Shown here: piece after piece, positions 29,486 through 38,947 of the stretch
How the letters are laid out: every line of letters starts with the position of its first letter
Numbering within the stretch: position 1 is the first letter of the stretch
DNA from: Puniceicoccaceae bacterium
GTDB lineage: Bacteria; Verrucomicrobiota; Verrucomicrobiia; Opitutales; Oceanipulchritudinaceae
Length of the DNA: 64,000 bases
NCBI GenBank assembly: GCA_040830765.1
Contig: JBFOMH010000027.1
Location: 1 to 64,000 of the forward strand
Direction: 5' to 3'
The notes under the pieces: generated by a model
Databases searched by the model: none
Told to the model about the DNA's origin: nothing
Seen by the model: only the letters and a program-made list of their open reading frames with translations
Program-made: the position numbers and the translations under genes

Positions 29486-30802
29486 ATGAAGCCTGCATCC
29501 TACCCGTACCCAGAGAGTGGACACCTGGAACTCTCCGACAGCTTTCCCCGTCGTGTCCTTGAGACGGGAAGGTCGGTCGTCCAGCTGACCTCCGGTAAGG
29601 CTTTTTGCTATCCCTTGTATTATTTCATCCCCTCCTTCAGCAGGGACTTGAAGTATGTTGTCTATCACCGTGCGGAAGCCGGTGAGGTTCAAATGTACCG
29701 GTTGGAGTTATCGACCGGGGAATCCGTTCAGCTGACCTCGGGATGTGTTCTGAAGACCGGTTGGGACCATTGGGATGATGAAGCGGGATGCGGAATCCTT
29801 GACCATCGCAGTGTCCTGAATGTTTCGACAGGCGATCTCATCTATTTTGATGGCGAGCAGGGGAACGAGGTTCATTCCGTGAATATCGACTCGCTTGAAC
29901 ATAAGCTGCTCTTCACCTTGCCTGAGGACTATTACGCGGGGGGTCAGAACTGTGTTTCTCCAGACGGGAGGTACCTTGTCTATATTCTCAATCCCATCGG
30001 GAGCAAGTACCTGGAACCTCTCCCCGATAAGCCTTCGAAGGTAGTCGCCTACGCGTTTGCCACCGGGAAGCAGAAGACGCTTTGTGAGGTCGATTTCCAT
30101 ATCCATCATATCATTCCCTATGGCAACGAACATTACATTGGCTGCCATACTCCCAATGGTTGCGGGATATTCATGACTAGCCTGAGTGAGTTTGGATACA
30201 CTATTCTGCGGGCGGGAGACCCCGGGCTGAAAGTTACCGGCGAGGACGAAGATATTGGCGGTCACGCCTGTCATTATGTATGCACCGAGCAAGGGATCGC
30301 CTATGAAGTGATTCCCTTCACCATGCGGGCCCCCAGGAAAGACAAGACTGAAGCGGTTGCGACAGTGAAAGGTGGATTTTGTACGGGCCTTTATGATCCC
30401 ATTACCCGGGCTCGTTTTGAATTCCCCTTGCCCGATCACTTTGTCGGAACCCATGTGGGTTGGGATCCCAAGGGGCGTCGCTGGTTTTGGGAGATCATGC
30501 CGTCATGGGATCAGGCTTCGGCTAATCAGATTATCTATCTGCAGAGCCTCAAGTCCTCCGGGGAGGCGGATTTTCTTCCACTGACCCCCAAGTGGATGAA
30601 CTACGGCACGAAGCAAAAGTCGCACCATCATCCGCAGATGACACCCGATTCCAATTGGCTCCTCTTTGTTGCCGGCGATCCCGAAACGGAGACAAATCAT
30701 CTTCATCTCCTCGACATGTCTGACCTCCCCGAGACGGAGGGGATTGGGCGCGAGCTGCTCAGCCCGGATGGCGTGAATGACTTAAAGAGGATAAGTTATT
30801 GA
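29486..30802 (+). CDS. Cytoplasmic PL22/oligogalacturonate lyase-like beta-propeller
   Basis: ETGRSVVQLT...YPLYYF N-terminus and HHHPQMTPD C-terminus parallel Ogl; no signal peptide. Confidence 0.6.
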   Translation: MKPASYPYPESGHLELSDSFPRRVLETGRSVVQLTSGKAFCYPLYYFIPSFSRDLKYVVYHRAEAGEVQMYRLELSTGESVQLTSGCVLKTGWDHWDDEAGCGILDHRSVLNVSTGDLIYFDGEQGNEVHSVNIDSLEHKLLFTLPEDYYAGGQNCVSPDGRYLVYILNPIGSKYLEPLPDKPSKVVAYAFATGKQKTLCEVDFHIHHIIPYGNEHYIGCHTPNGCGIFMTSLSEFGYTILRAGDPGLKVTGEDEDIGGHACHYVCTEQGIAYEVIPFTMRAPRKDKTEAVATVKGGFCTGLYDPITRARFEFPLPDHFVGTHVGWDPKGRRWFWEIMPSWDQASANQIIYLQSLKSSGEADFLPLTPKWMNYGTKQKSHHHPQMTPDSNWLLFVAGDPETETNHLHLLDMSDLPETEGIGRELLSPDGVNDLKRISY

Positions 30803-30897
30803 TCAGCAACCCCAATCCATGACGGAGACGGACTTTGCCATCAGGACAGACACACTCGCAGACTTTAGCGGAAACAGAGTTTCTCAATAAACCGGAG

Positions 30898-30910
30898 TCG
30901 GACTGTCAGA
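30898..30910. promoter_or_regulatory. Putative operator TCGGACTGTCAGA (copy 4)
   Basis: Intergenic, upstream of the oxidoreductase at 31055; one mismatch to TCAGACTGTCAGA. Confidence 0.6.
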
Positions 30911-31054
30911 ATTAAATTCCCTAGAGCCTTCCAGCCGCTGTGGATACTAATTGTTCAGTAGGGCATTTTCTATCCTACGTATTCTCAATTGGAACAAGAT
31001 AACCTCCGGACAAAAAAGAACGAAACAGTCACTAATACACAACTACTCTAAGAG

Positions 31055-32275
31055 ATGATACTAGAGCCTGTAAAGATTGCCGTAATCGGGTGTGGTGGGT
31101 ACGCTTTCCAACTGATCAAGCGCGTCATGTCCGTGCCGCACAGCGGGGTAGTTGCAGCAGTAACCTCAAGGGATGTGACCAGCCCGGGGGCTCAATTCTG
31201 TCGTGACCGGGGGATAGCGGTTTTCCAGACTATCGATGAGTTGCTTGATTATGGTGAGTTTGAGGTGGTTATCAATCCCACCCCGATACATCTGCACTCT
31301 CCCACCACCAAACAATGCCTGCAGGCGGGTTTCCCGGTGTGGCTGGAGAAGCCTCCGGTTGCTACCGTTCAGGAGCTGGATTCCCTGCAAGCGCTGGCTG
31401 AGGAAACCGGCAAACCGATCGCCATCTGTTTCAATTCGCTCTTTGCTCATATTGTCCAGAACCTGAAGAAGGAACTGGTGGCAGGACGCTATGGCAGGGT
31501 TCGTCAAGTGAAGGGATCAGCTGCCTGGATCCGGACCAGTGCCTATTTTGACCGCAACAACTGGGCTGGTTGCCTTAAAAAGGACGGCGATTGGATACTC
31601 GATGGCGATATTAATAACCCACTTGCTCACGTCCTTTGTAATAATCTGTTTTTCGCAGCTTCTGAGCATCACAAGCTGGCGCAACCAGCCTCCATCGAGG
31701 CCGAATTGTACCGATGTAACAATATTGAGAGCGAGGATACGAGTTGCCTGAGAATTAAGGCCACCAACGGTGTTGATATCCTAAGTTACCTGACCCTGAG
31801 CACCAAACAGGAAACGACTCCACGAACCGTTATCGAAACGGAAAAGGCACTCATCACCTTTGAGGACTTCAATAGACTTAGGATTGAATTCTATAATGGT
31901 GCAACCGAAGAACATGAAGCCTATCAGGAGAACCGCATCGAAATGCTGGAGCACCTTTGCCGGGCGTTCCGTACGGGTAAGCCGTACCTGAGTACATTGG
32001 ACATGATGAGACCGTTCACAGTGACTGTTAATGGGGCTTTTGATTCGGCAGGTTCGATCACCTCTATCCCGGCTGAATTCATCGAAAATTCAGAGGTTGA
32101 TGATGTCCCCCACCGCAGCATCAAGGGGATTGGGAATGCCATGCACGATGCCTTTGAGTCCAATTCACTCTATTCGGAAATTGGTGTACCATGGGCAAAA
32201 ATGAGCGAGAAGTTCGATACGACAGAGTATACGCATTTCCCTCAGCGATTTGAAGCTCCGGGTTCGGTTTCTTAA
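31055..32275 (+). CDS. Gfo/Idh/MocA family oxidoreductase
   Basis: IAVIGCGGYA, PTPIHLH, VWLEKPP, NNPLAH. Confidence 0.9.
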   Translation: MILEPVKIAVIGCGGYAFQLIKRVMSVPHSGVVAAVTSRDVTSPGAQFCRDRGIAVFQTIDELLDYGEFEVVINPTPIHLHSPTTKQCLQAGFPVWLEKPPVATVQELDSLQALAEETGKPIAICFNSLFAHIVQNLKKELVAGRYGRVRQVKGSAAWIRTSAYFDRNNWAGCLKKDGDWILDGDINNPLAHVLCNNLFFAASEHHKLAQPASIEAELYRCNNIESEDTSCLRIKATNGVDILSYLTLSTKQETTPRTVIETEKALITFEDFNRLRIEFYNGATEEHEAYQENRIEMLEHLCRAFRTGKPYLSTLDMMRPFTVTVNGAFDSAGSITSIPAEFIENSEVDDVPHRSIKGIGNAMHDAFESNSLYSEIGVPWAKMSEKFDTTEYTHFPQRFEAPGSVS

Positions 32276-32618
32276 TGCCGGCCAGCCTTCCTGGCCAATT
32301 TCACTTTGGCTGGTCACTTGCCGTGAAAGCCTTGATAGCAAGGTTGCATCGCAATGAATACGGCATCCCAAAACATTCCTCTATGCTCTCTTATGACGCC
32401 GAGTGGCGAGACGGGCCCACCCTGAGGCAGCCAGTTAAGGGAATATACCGGTCGCTTGCATCGTTTGTTAATTGCACCGACTGCGGCCATGCCTTGTGGC
32501 CGTGTTCCATACGGCGATTGAGGACCTCCGGCTATATTCCAAGAGAGCCGGCCATATGTTTTTTCATGTACTCTGAACTCGTAAGCTGATTTCCTCAGGG
32601 AATAAGCTGAATCTGGAG

Positions 32619-33851
32619 ATGAAGAAGGAAGACTACATGCACGCGGAGCTTGATGGCCTGCTTGTATCGCGGGAAATCATGGAGAACCCGTACCCGATCT
32701 ACCGGCGGTTGCGGGACGAGATGCCCGCCATGTGGAGTGAAAACTGGCAGTCGTGGGTCTTCAGCCGCTACGAGGACGTGGGCGCTTCGCTGAAGGACAA
32801 GATCAACTTGTCCAACAAGCGGCGACAGGCATTGCTGTTCAATAACTTCAGTGAGCAGGAGTTGAAGGAGACGGAATTCCTGCGGACGTTTTTCGACCAG
32901 CAGGACATCATCAACTCGGATCCGCCGGATCACACGCGCATGCGCAAGCCGGTCCAGCTGGCTCTGATGCCGAAAGTCATTGCTGCCATGGAAGACAAGA
33001 CACGCCGCCTTGCCGGGGAATTGTGGGCGGCAGCCGTGCGCAATGGACGTTTTGATTTTGTGGAATGTTTCGCCTATCCACTTCCGGTTATCCTGGTGGC
33101 TGAGATTCTCGGCGCATCCTACGAGGACCGGTTTCAGTTCAAGGACTGGACGGCGGATTTCCTGGCCTTCCAGGGGACCGGTCGCGCTGACTTCCAGCGG
33201 ACGCTGCTGTCCCAGAAGAGCCTGGAGGATTTTGTCGGCTATGTTGAAGGCCTGGTCGAGTCCCGCCGGGCGGAACCGCAGGAGGACCTCATCAGCGCGT
33301 TGGTCGAGGCGGACTACCGGGACCGCGAACTGGTGGCGACCTGCTGTACCCTGCTGGTCGCAGGGCATGAAACCACGACCAACCTTCTCGGCAATATCGT
33401 CCGCCTGCTTTCCCGGCATCCGGAACAGCTGGAGGATCTGCGGGCAAACCAGGATCTGATTGAAACAGCCATTGAAGAGATCCTGCGATTTGATGCTCCC
33501 AAGCAAAGGAACTTTCGCCGGGCAATGAAGGATCATACCTTTGCCGGTGCGCCCATTGCGGACAATGAGATGGTCTTCCAGATCATTGGCTCAGCCAATC
33601 ATGATGAGCGTGTTTTTGAAAATCCGGAAACCCTGGACATTCGCCGCCGGGACAACCCGCACCTGACCTTCGGGGCGGGCATCCATTTTTGTGTCGGGGC
33701 TGTGCTGGCAAGGTTGGAGGCCCGGATTTTCCTTGAGTACTTCCTCAATCACAAGGGCAACATCCGGGTGCTGGAAGGTGACGACGCCTTTGCCTGGCAA
33801 GAGCGCGTGCAAATGCGCGGACCGGGCCGCTTGATGCTGGAAGTACAGTGA
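32619..33851 (+). CDS. Cytochrome P450
   Basis: SDPPDHTRMR, AGHETT (I-helix), EEILR (ExxR), HLTFGAGIHFCVG (heme Cys). Confidence 0.95.
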   Translation: MKKEDYMHAELDGLLVSREIMENPYPIYRRLRDEMPAMWSENWQSWVFSRYEDVGASLKDKINLSNKRRQALLFNNFSEQELKETEFLRTFFDQQDIINSDPPDHTRMRKPVQLALMPKVIAAMEDKTRRLAGELWAAAVRNGRFDFVECFAYPLPVILVAEILGASYEDRFQFKDWTADFLAFQGTGRADFQRTLLSQKSLEDFVGYVEGLVESRRAEPQEDLISALVEADYRDRELVATCCTLLVAGHETTTNLLGNIVRLLSRHPEQLEDLRANQDLIETAIEEILRFDAPKQRNFRRAMKDHTFAGAPIADNEMVFQIIGSANHDERVFENPETLDIRRRDNPHLTFGAGIHFCVGAVLARLEARIFLEYFLNHKGNIRVLEGDDAFAWQERVQMRGPGRLMLEVQ

Positions 33852-33929
33852 CCTCAGCGGGGCCGATGCGGGAATTCGGCGTTCCGGCTATTGGTTCAGA
33901 AATTTGTGCCGCTGGGGCCCAGGTTGAAT

Positions 33930-34823
33930 CTAAACTTCATGCAAATAAGGCATTCCCAACTGCGCACCATGTCTTGTGACTGAGATGGAGGCTGCCCGAA
34001 CAGCTGTTGTAACTGCCGCGTCGATGGACTGACCTTTTGCCGTTTCCGTTGAAAGCCAGGCAGTGAAACAATCGCCTGCACCTACAGTATCAACAGGTTG
34101 AACACTTGGTGCTGGGATTGTCCTGAGGCCTTTTGAATCGGCAATTAATGCTCCTTTGCTTCCCAGTGTGACGACGACGGCTTTACAGCCCTGTTCAACC
34201 AGGATTCGCGCCGAATTCCGTGGGCATTCATTCTCGGCGAGAAGGCACGCTTCCGTCTCATTCGGGACAAGGATATCGACCTTTCTCAAAAGGCTTAATG
34301 AAAGGGATTTTGCGGGCGCAGGATTGAGGACGAAAGGAATGTCCTTTGCCGCTGTTATGTCGGCGACGGCTTCCACTGTCTCCATGGGAATTTCCAGCTG
34401 GCATAAGATAAGGGATGCAGATGAAATCCGGTGGCCTTCCTCTTGAATCATACTGGGAGAAACCAAGTCATTGGCTGACTTCGCCACACCGATCATGTTC
34501 TCAGATGTGCTATTGCTGAGGAAGATAACTGCCACTCCACTGGGAATTCCGGGAAAGGTTCTTAGCGCCGAAGTGTCTATTCCTTCACTTGCCAGGGATT
34601 TTTTGGCCTTCTCCCCAAAGTCATCATTTCCAATTGCGCCGATGAAAGTTACGGCTGCTCCCGCGCGGGCGGCGGCCACTGCCTGGTTAGCTCCTTTACC
34701 TCCCTGGAAGGTGGATAGTTCTCCACCGATGATGGTCTCTCCCGGGTTTGGCAGACGGTCACAATTAAGGACCAGATCGGTATTTGAGCTGCCGATGACA
34801 CATATTCGTGGCTTCTCGGTCAT
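33930..34823 (-). CDS. rbsK: Ribokinase (PfkB family)
   Basis: GSSNTD, GGKGANQAVAAAR, NPAPA, PNETE, DTVGAGDCF. Confidence 0.9.
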   Translation of the reverse strand: MTEKPRICVIGSSNTDLVLNCDRLPNPGETIIGGELSTFQGGKGANQAVAAARAGAAVTFIGAIGNDDFGEKAKKSLASEGIDTSALRTFPGIPSGVAVIFLSNSTSENMIGVAKSANDLVSPSMIQEEGHRISSASLILCQLEIPMETVEAVADITAAKDIPFVLNPAPAKSLSLSLLRKVDILVPNETEACLLAENECPRNSARILVEQGCKAVVVTLGSKGALIADSKGLRTIPAPSVQPVDTVGAGDCFTAWLSTETAKGQSIDAAVTTAVRAASISVTRHGAQLGMPYLHEV

Positions 34824-34880
34824 TTGTAGAGATAGGATAGGATTTGATGTTTCGGGGTGGGCAATCTTTCGAGGGATCAA

Positions 34881-35795
34881 TCAGCCGCCCAAACTCCTCA
34901 ACTTGTTAAACAGGTCGGTAAATACCGCATCCCTTTTCACCATCGTGGCTTGTCGCATAGGGTGGCGGTTTGGCACAGTTCGCCAATGGTTATCTTCGGT
35001 TAAAATGGGTGTGGGGACAATCTCCGTCGGGACCCACTCCGGATTGATCAGCCATGCAACTACGGAAATGTCCCAAATTACCTTGGCCCATGCGCCATCA
35101 TGCTCACGGTACTCCGAAAATATCCGGCACAAGTAATCGCTTAAGGGGGACTGCCCTTTCAAGTAGTGCCCCAGTTCGTGTTCCGTGGTTAGGAGGTGGT
35201 CTGCCACTGGGACGCAAGGGACTCGGACAAAAGGAGCGTTGCTTTCCAGGATTATACGTACCGCCTCAGGATCCTGCCTGAGATTGAATTCTTCATTCTC
35301 CGGCCAATGATGGGCGTGACCACCCAGCCAGACAACGACAATATTCTTAACAATATCCGGCGCTATCTGGATGGCTGAGGCAACATTGGTAATTGCTCCA
35401 ATAGCCAGGACGTAGAGTGGACCGTTGTCCTGCTCACGCGAACGGGAAATAAGGTCCTCGACAGCAGGATTGGTAGTGGGAGCTTGTCCATCTGAAATAA
35501 ATTTACGCGAACCTCTAAAAGTTGGGCGACTCATCCCCATCAACCCAAGTAGCCGGTCGATCTCTTCGTAACTCTGCTCCATGCCATCCTCAGCGGATGA
35601 GGATCTGCTATTGAAAAAGGGTGCTGCGTAAATGGCCTCAAGCTCAATGCGTTCAGGGGAGAGGAGTGCGTAGACAATGGCGAATTGATCATCAATCTCA
35701 TTGTAGGCATCCGTGTCGAGGACAGCCCGCACCCGGTCGTTTGGCAGTTTCAGTTTCTCAATCAAGTCTTCTTGGTTGTTGTTAATTTGAGCCAT
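34881..35795 (-). CDS. Inosine/uridine-preferring nucleoside hydrolase family protein
   Basis: LDTDAYNEIDDQFA Asp cluster, GAITNVA, EFNLRQD, VIWD. Confidence 0.9.
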   Translation of the reverse strand: MAQINNNQEDLIEKLKLPNDRVRAVLDTDAYNEIDDQFAIVYALLSPERIELEAIYAAPFFNSRSSSAEDGMEQSYEEIDRLLGLMGMSRPTFRGSRKFISDGQAPTTNPAVEDLISRSREQDNGPLYVLAIGAITNVASAIQIAPDIVKNIVVVWLGGHAHHWPENEEFNLRQDPEAVRIILESNAPFVRVPCVPVADHLLTTEHELGHYLKGQSPLSDYLCRIFSEYREHDGAWAKVIWDISVVAWLINPEWVPTEIVPTPILTEDNHWRTVPNRHPMRQATMVKRDAVFTDLFNKLRSLGG

Positions 35796-35904
35796 CGCGC
35801 TAACGGTAGAGCTAACTTACGGAATTGCACGCGAATTTGGCGCCAATGAGGGTGCTCTCTACAATAAGAAGGTTTCTACTTGATCGAACCCTAGGCAAGG
35901 AGCA

Positions 35905-37929
35905 CTACTCCGGCAACGTAATGGAGCGGAGGCGCCAGCCGGTGGCGAAGAAGAATTCATTGCCGACGATGGGACCCACGATATCGATGGTATTCGGGGA
36001 GAGGGCTGTGTGCCAGGCTCCGGACCGCGGTTCGGGCAGGTCGCGTTGCCAGATGCGTTCAACCTCGCAGGTGCCCGGTTTAATGCGGAAAATGCAGTAA
36101 CCGGTCGCCCCATAAACGACACCGCCGGGTCCGATTCGAAGGGAATGGGATCCATGCCAGGACAGGGGCCCAAAGTCGTCAGGCAACCAGGCTGAAGAGA
36201 CCAGTGTGCGGTTCGCGACATCGATTAGGGCGACTCGTGGGGCAATCACTGGAGCACCTGCGGAAACAACATGGTCCCCACGGCCGATCAAGGCGTATAC
36301 GAGTCCGTCACCTGCCGCAGCGAGTGAAGTCACGTCGGCCAATCCCTCGATGCCAAAGTCTCCGGCCCAAACGAGTGAGTCGGTCTTCGGATCCCACAGG
36401 GCAAAGGCCCCGTCGAATTGAGTGATCGTTGCGCCAGTCCCGACTTCGATGCTCATGCCGACGAGAATCAATTCAGACTCAGGTAGCCATAAAAGCGATG
36501 CCGGAGACATCTCTGGAATGATGGCCCGGTGTGATGCCTTCAGTTCCGTTTCCGGATTGTACCAGGCGAGCGTTCCCCCTTTCAGTCCATAGTCCGGGCC
36601 GGACCCAATCCAGAGCTTCCCATCCGGGGTGGCTATCATGGCATTTGGGCGGTAACCGACATCGTCCATGCGTCCGAGATCACGGGGATTGTCCCCCCCT
36701 TCGATGCCGAATGAGAGTGGCAATTCGGGATCGTAAACCGACAGGCGCGCCTGCGGATAGGATGCCAGGTACATTTTTCCGTCCAAGGTGGTTGCGGAAT
36801 AGGCCTGTCCGGTGGCGAAGGTATGTTGGCCCAGGTTTTCGAGCTTTGAGCCATCGGGCGATGCGCGATAAAGCAGGTTTGGAAGATAGCTGGAACCGTA
36901 GAGGTTTCCATCCGGTCCGAGCTCGATGACGTGGATATTGGAACCTCCACCGACCCAGTCCAGATTCAGGATTCGGCTGGGAATGAGCGGATCCTTATTG
37001 GAGAGAAGGATTCGGCGGGGATCTCCTGAACCCCGGCCACCGCCATCATCCATCAGGTGGGCTTGCCAGCCACCGGGCATGATTAACGGGTTTTGGTAGC
37101 GATGTTCTCCAGCGGCATGAATTCCAGCCATCGGCTCCGGAAGATGTTTAACGGGAACGAGGAGCTTGCCTTCGATGCGGTACTGTCCCGTGTGGGAATC
37201 AAGATACAGGCGCCGGTCGGTTCCCTTGAAGAATCGGATGTACTGTGTCTTGTCCAATGTGTCTGTAATCGAGGGGCCGACCTCCCGATAGTCGCCGGTC
37301 TCAGGATCGATCGCGATGATGTGAGGACGAACAACGCGAACCAGGGCCGCAAGCGAGCCATCGTCACCTGCGAGTGGATAGAGGTACTTGTCGCTCTCGG
37401 ACATGCGCCCGAAGGGGGTGAGGGTTTTCGTTTCCGGATCGAATTTTGTCAGGCTGGCTTCCGGATAAGCACCGATCCAAATGGCTCCGTCCAGTGATTC
37501 GGTGATGCCGGTTGGAAAGGTCACCCCTTCGGAAATCAGCCCGAGATCCTCGATCCCTTTTTCAGGGTGATTCGGATCGAATTGATGAAGGTGTCCATCC
37601 CAGGCAGATCCGATGTAGAGAATGCCCGTCTGCAAACTGCGGAAAGTCGCCGTCGAGAAACTTGAGTTCTTCCGATCCTGAACCGCGTACTGGGTGCAGT
37701 GTCCCGTATCCAAGTCGATATCGATAACAAAGAGCCCTCCGTTGGTCTGACTCATTGTGGCGAGGAGCGACGGCTTCCCATCGGCAGTTTGCCCCGCGTG
37801 AAGGCGCACCCAACTCACGCCTTTTACCGGGATGCCCAAGTCCCGGGCTTCTGGCATGGGTGCTGTACCGGCCATGAGGACGGGCGAGGTCAGGAGAAGA
37901 AAAGCGAGACGAATTACCAATTTCACCAT
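35905..37929 (-). CDS. Secreted beta-propeller repeat protein (WD40/PQQ-like)
   Basis: Signal peptide; repeated 'DG.(L/I/M)(Y/W).G.YP...L..(F/Y)DP' blades. Confidence 0.65.
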   Translation of the reverse strand: MVKLVIRLAFLLLTSPVLMAGTAPMPEARDLGIPVKGVSWVRLHAGQTADGKPSLLATMSQTNGGLFVIDIDLDTGHCTQYAVQDRKNSSFSTATFRSLQTGILYIGSAWDGHLHQFDPNHPEKGIEDLGLISEGVTFPTGITESLDGAIWIGAYPEASLTKFDPETKTLTPFGRMSESDKYLYPLAGDDGSLAALVRVVRPHIIAIDPETGDYREVGPSITDTLDKTQYIRFFKGTDRRLYLDSHTGQYRIEGKLLVPVKHLPEPMAGIHAAGEHRYQNPLIMPGGWQAHLMDDGGGRGSGDPRRILLSNKDPLIPSRILNLDWVGGGSNIHVIELGPDGNLYGSSYLPNLLYRASPDGSKLENLGQHTFATGQAYSATTLDGKMYLASYPQARLSVYDPELPLSFGIEGGDNPRDLGRMDDVGYRPNAMIATPDGKLWIGSGPDYGLKGGTLAWYNPETELKASHRAIIPEMSPASLLWLPESELILVGMSIEVGTGATITQFDGAFALWDPKTDSLVWAGDFGIEGLADVTSLAAAGDGLVYALIGRGDHVVSAGAPVIAPRVALIDVANRTLVSSAWLPDDFGPLSWHGSHSLRIGPGGVVYGATGYCIFRIKPGTCEVERIWQRDLPEPRSGAWHTALSPNTIDIVGPIVGNEFFFATGWRLRSITLPE

Positions 37930-38017
37930 CCCTTAGTCTTAGGACACTCCCCCGAGCACAGCTACCTGTATTACCCGTTTCCGGTAAAGCACGATGACCA
38001 GTACTCCGCAGCGGACT

Positions 38018-38794
38018 CTACATGAACTTTTTGGACTTCAGTAATTCCAGGAACATCGCCGAGACGGTTTCATGCCGTTTCTTGGAATACTTCAGTTCGG
38101 AGGTGTAGAAGTGGGCGACCTTGGTAATGTTGGCCGCTTCCAGTTTTTCGAGCATGCCGGAAATTTGGCCGTAGCGGGCCCATGCCTGTTTTTCGAATTT
38201 CCGGTACAAATCGGTGATTTCCTCATCGGTTTTTCTGTCGTAGGCCTCTTCATGAATGATGGTCGCGAGGGGGAGTCGGTTGCGGACTTCGGGGACCTCC
38301 TCATCGGGGTAGCCGACGACGAGGCTGGTCACCGGGACGACGGTTTCCGGCAGCTTGAGATGCTCGGAAATCTTGTCCGCTGACCAGAGGGTGGTTCCCA
38401 TGTAACAGATGCCGAGGCCATGCGACTCGGCGGCAATGGCCACATTCTGCGCCGCAATGAGGGCGTCGGCCATGCCGGTGAGGAATCCGAGGAAGTCGTC
38501 GAAGGAGCCTTTGGCCTCGTTAATTTTCAGCCATCGACGAATCCGGTAGAAGTCCGAACAGAAGGTCAGGACAACCGGTGCCTGGAGGATCATCTTCTGG
38601 CGGGAGTGCAATTCATAGAGCTTTTCCCGGCTCGCGCGTTCCTTTGAAATGACAACGCTCCAGCTTTGCAAATTCCCCGAGCTGGAAGCCCGTTGGCCAC
38701 AATAGATGAGGTCCTTGAGGAGGGCATCATCGATCGGGGTCGATTTGTACCGTCGGATGGATCTATGGCTTTTGAGATGGTCTGGAATTTCCAT
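38018..38794 (-). CDS. NfsA/Frp-type nitroreductase (NADPH-flavin reductase)
   Basis: HRSIRRY, ASSSGNLQSWS, AAESHGLGICYMG, RLPL..IIHEEAY; start may be 38806. Confidence 0.9.
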   Translation of the reverse strand: MEIPDHLKSHRSIRRYKSTPIDDALLKDLIYCGQRASSSGNLQSWSVVISKERASREKLYELHSRQKMILQAPVVLTFCSDFYRIRRWLKINEAKGSFDDFLGFLTGMADALIAAQNVAIAAESHGLGICYMGTTLWSADKISEHLKLPETVVPVTSLVVGYPDEEVPEVRNRLPLATIIHEEAYDRKTDEEITDLYRKFEKQAWARYGQISGMLEKLEAANITKVAHFYTSELKYSKKRHETVSAMFLELLKSKKFM

Positions 38795-38947
38795 GGATGC
38801 ATGCATTACCACTGAAATTCGCTTTTGAAAACCAAAATGGAGGATGCCATTGATGAGTTTTTCAGTGGATGAAGAAATCTTGGTGAATTGGACATCCGTA
38901 AGCAGGTTGCACATTGAGCGTTGAACTTATGGAGAAGCTTTTCAATA

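Noticed and set aside
32275..32589. 104-aa ORF with CxxC, and a faint cobalamin-riboswitch-like look (GTTAAGGGAA...CCAAGAGAGCCGGCC) upstream of the P450
   Set aside because: No ferredoxin Cys pattern, and the core B12-box elements (GCCACTG, GGGAAG, CCCGCAACTGT) are absent
35829..35847. Sigma54-like TGGCGC-N5-TCGC on the minus strand before the nucleoside hydrolase
   Set aside because: Mismatches in both boxes and no enhancer-binding protein nearby; could be chance
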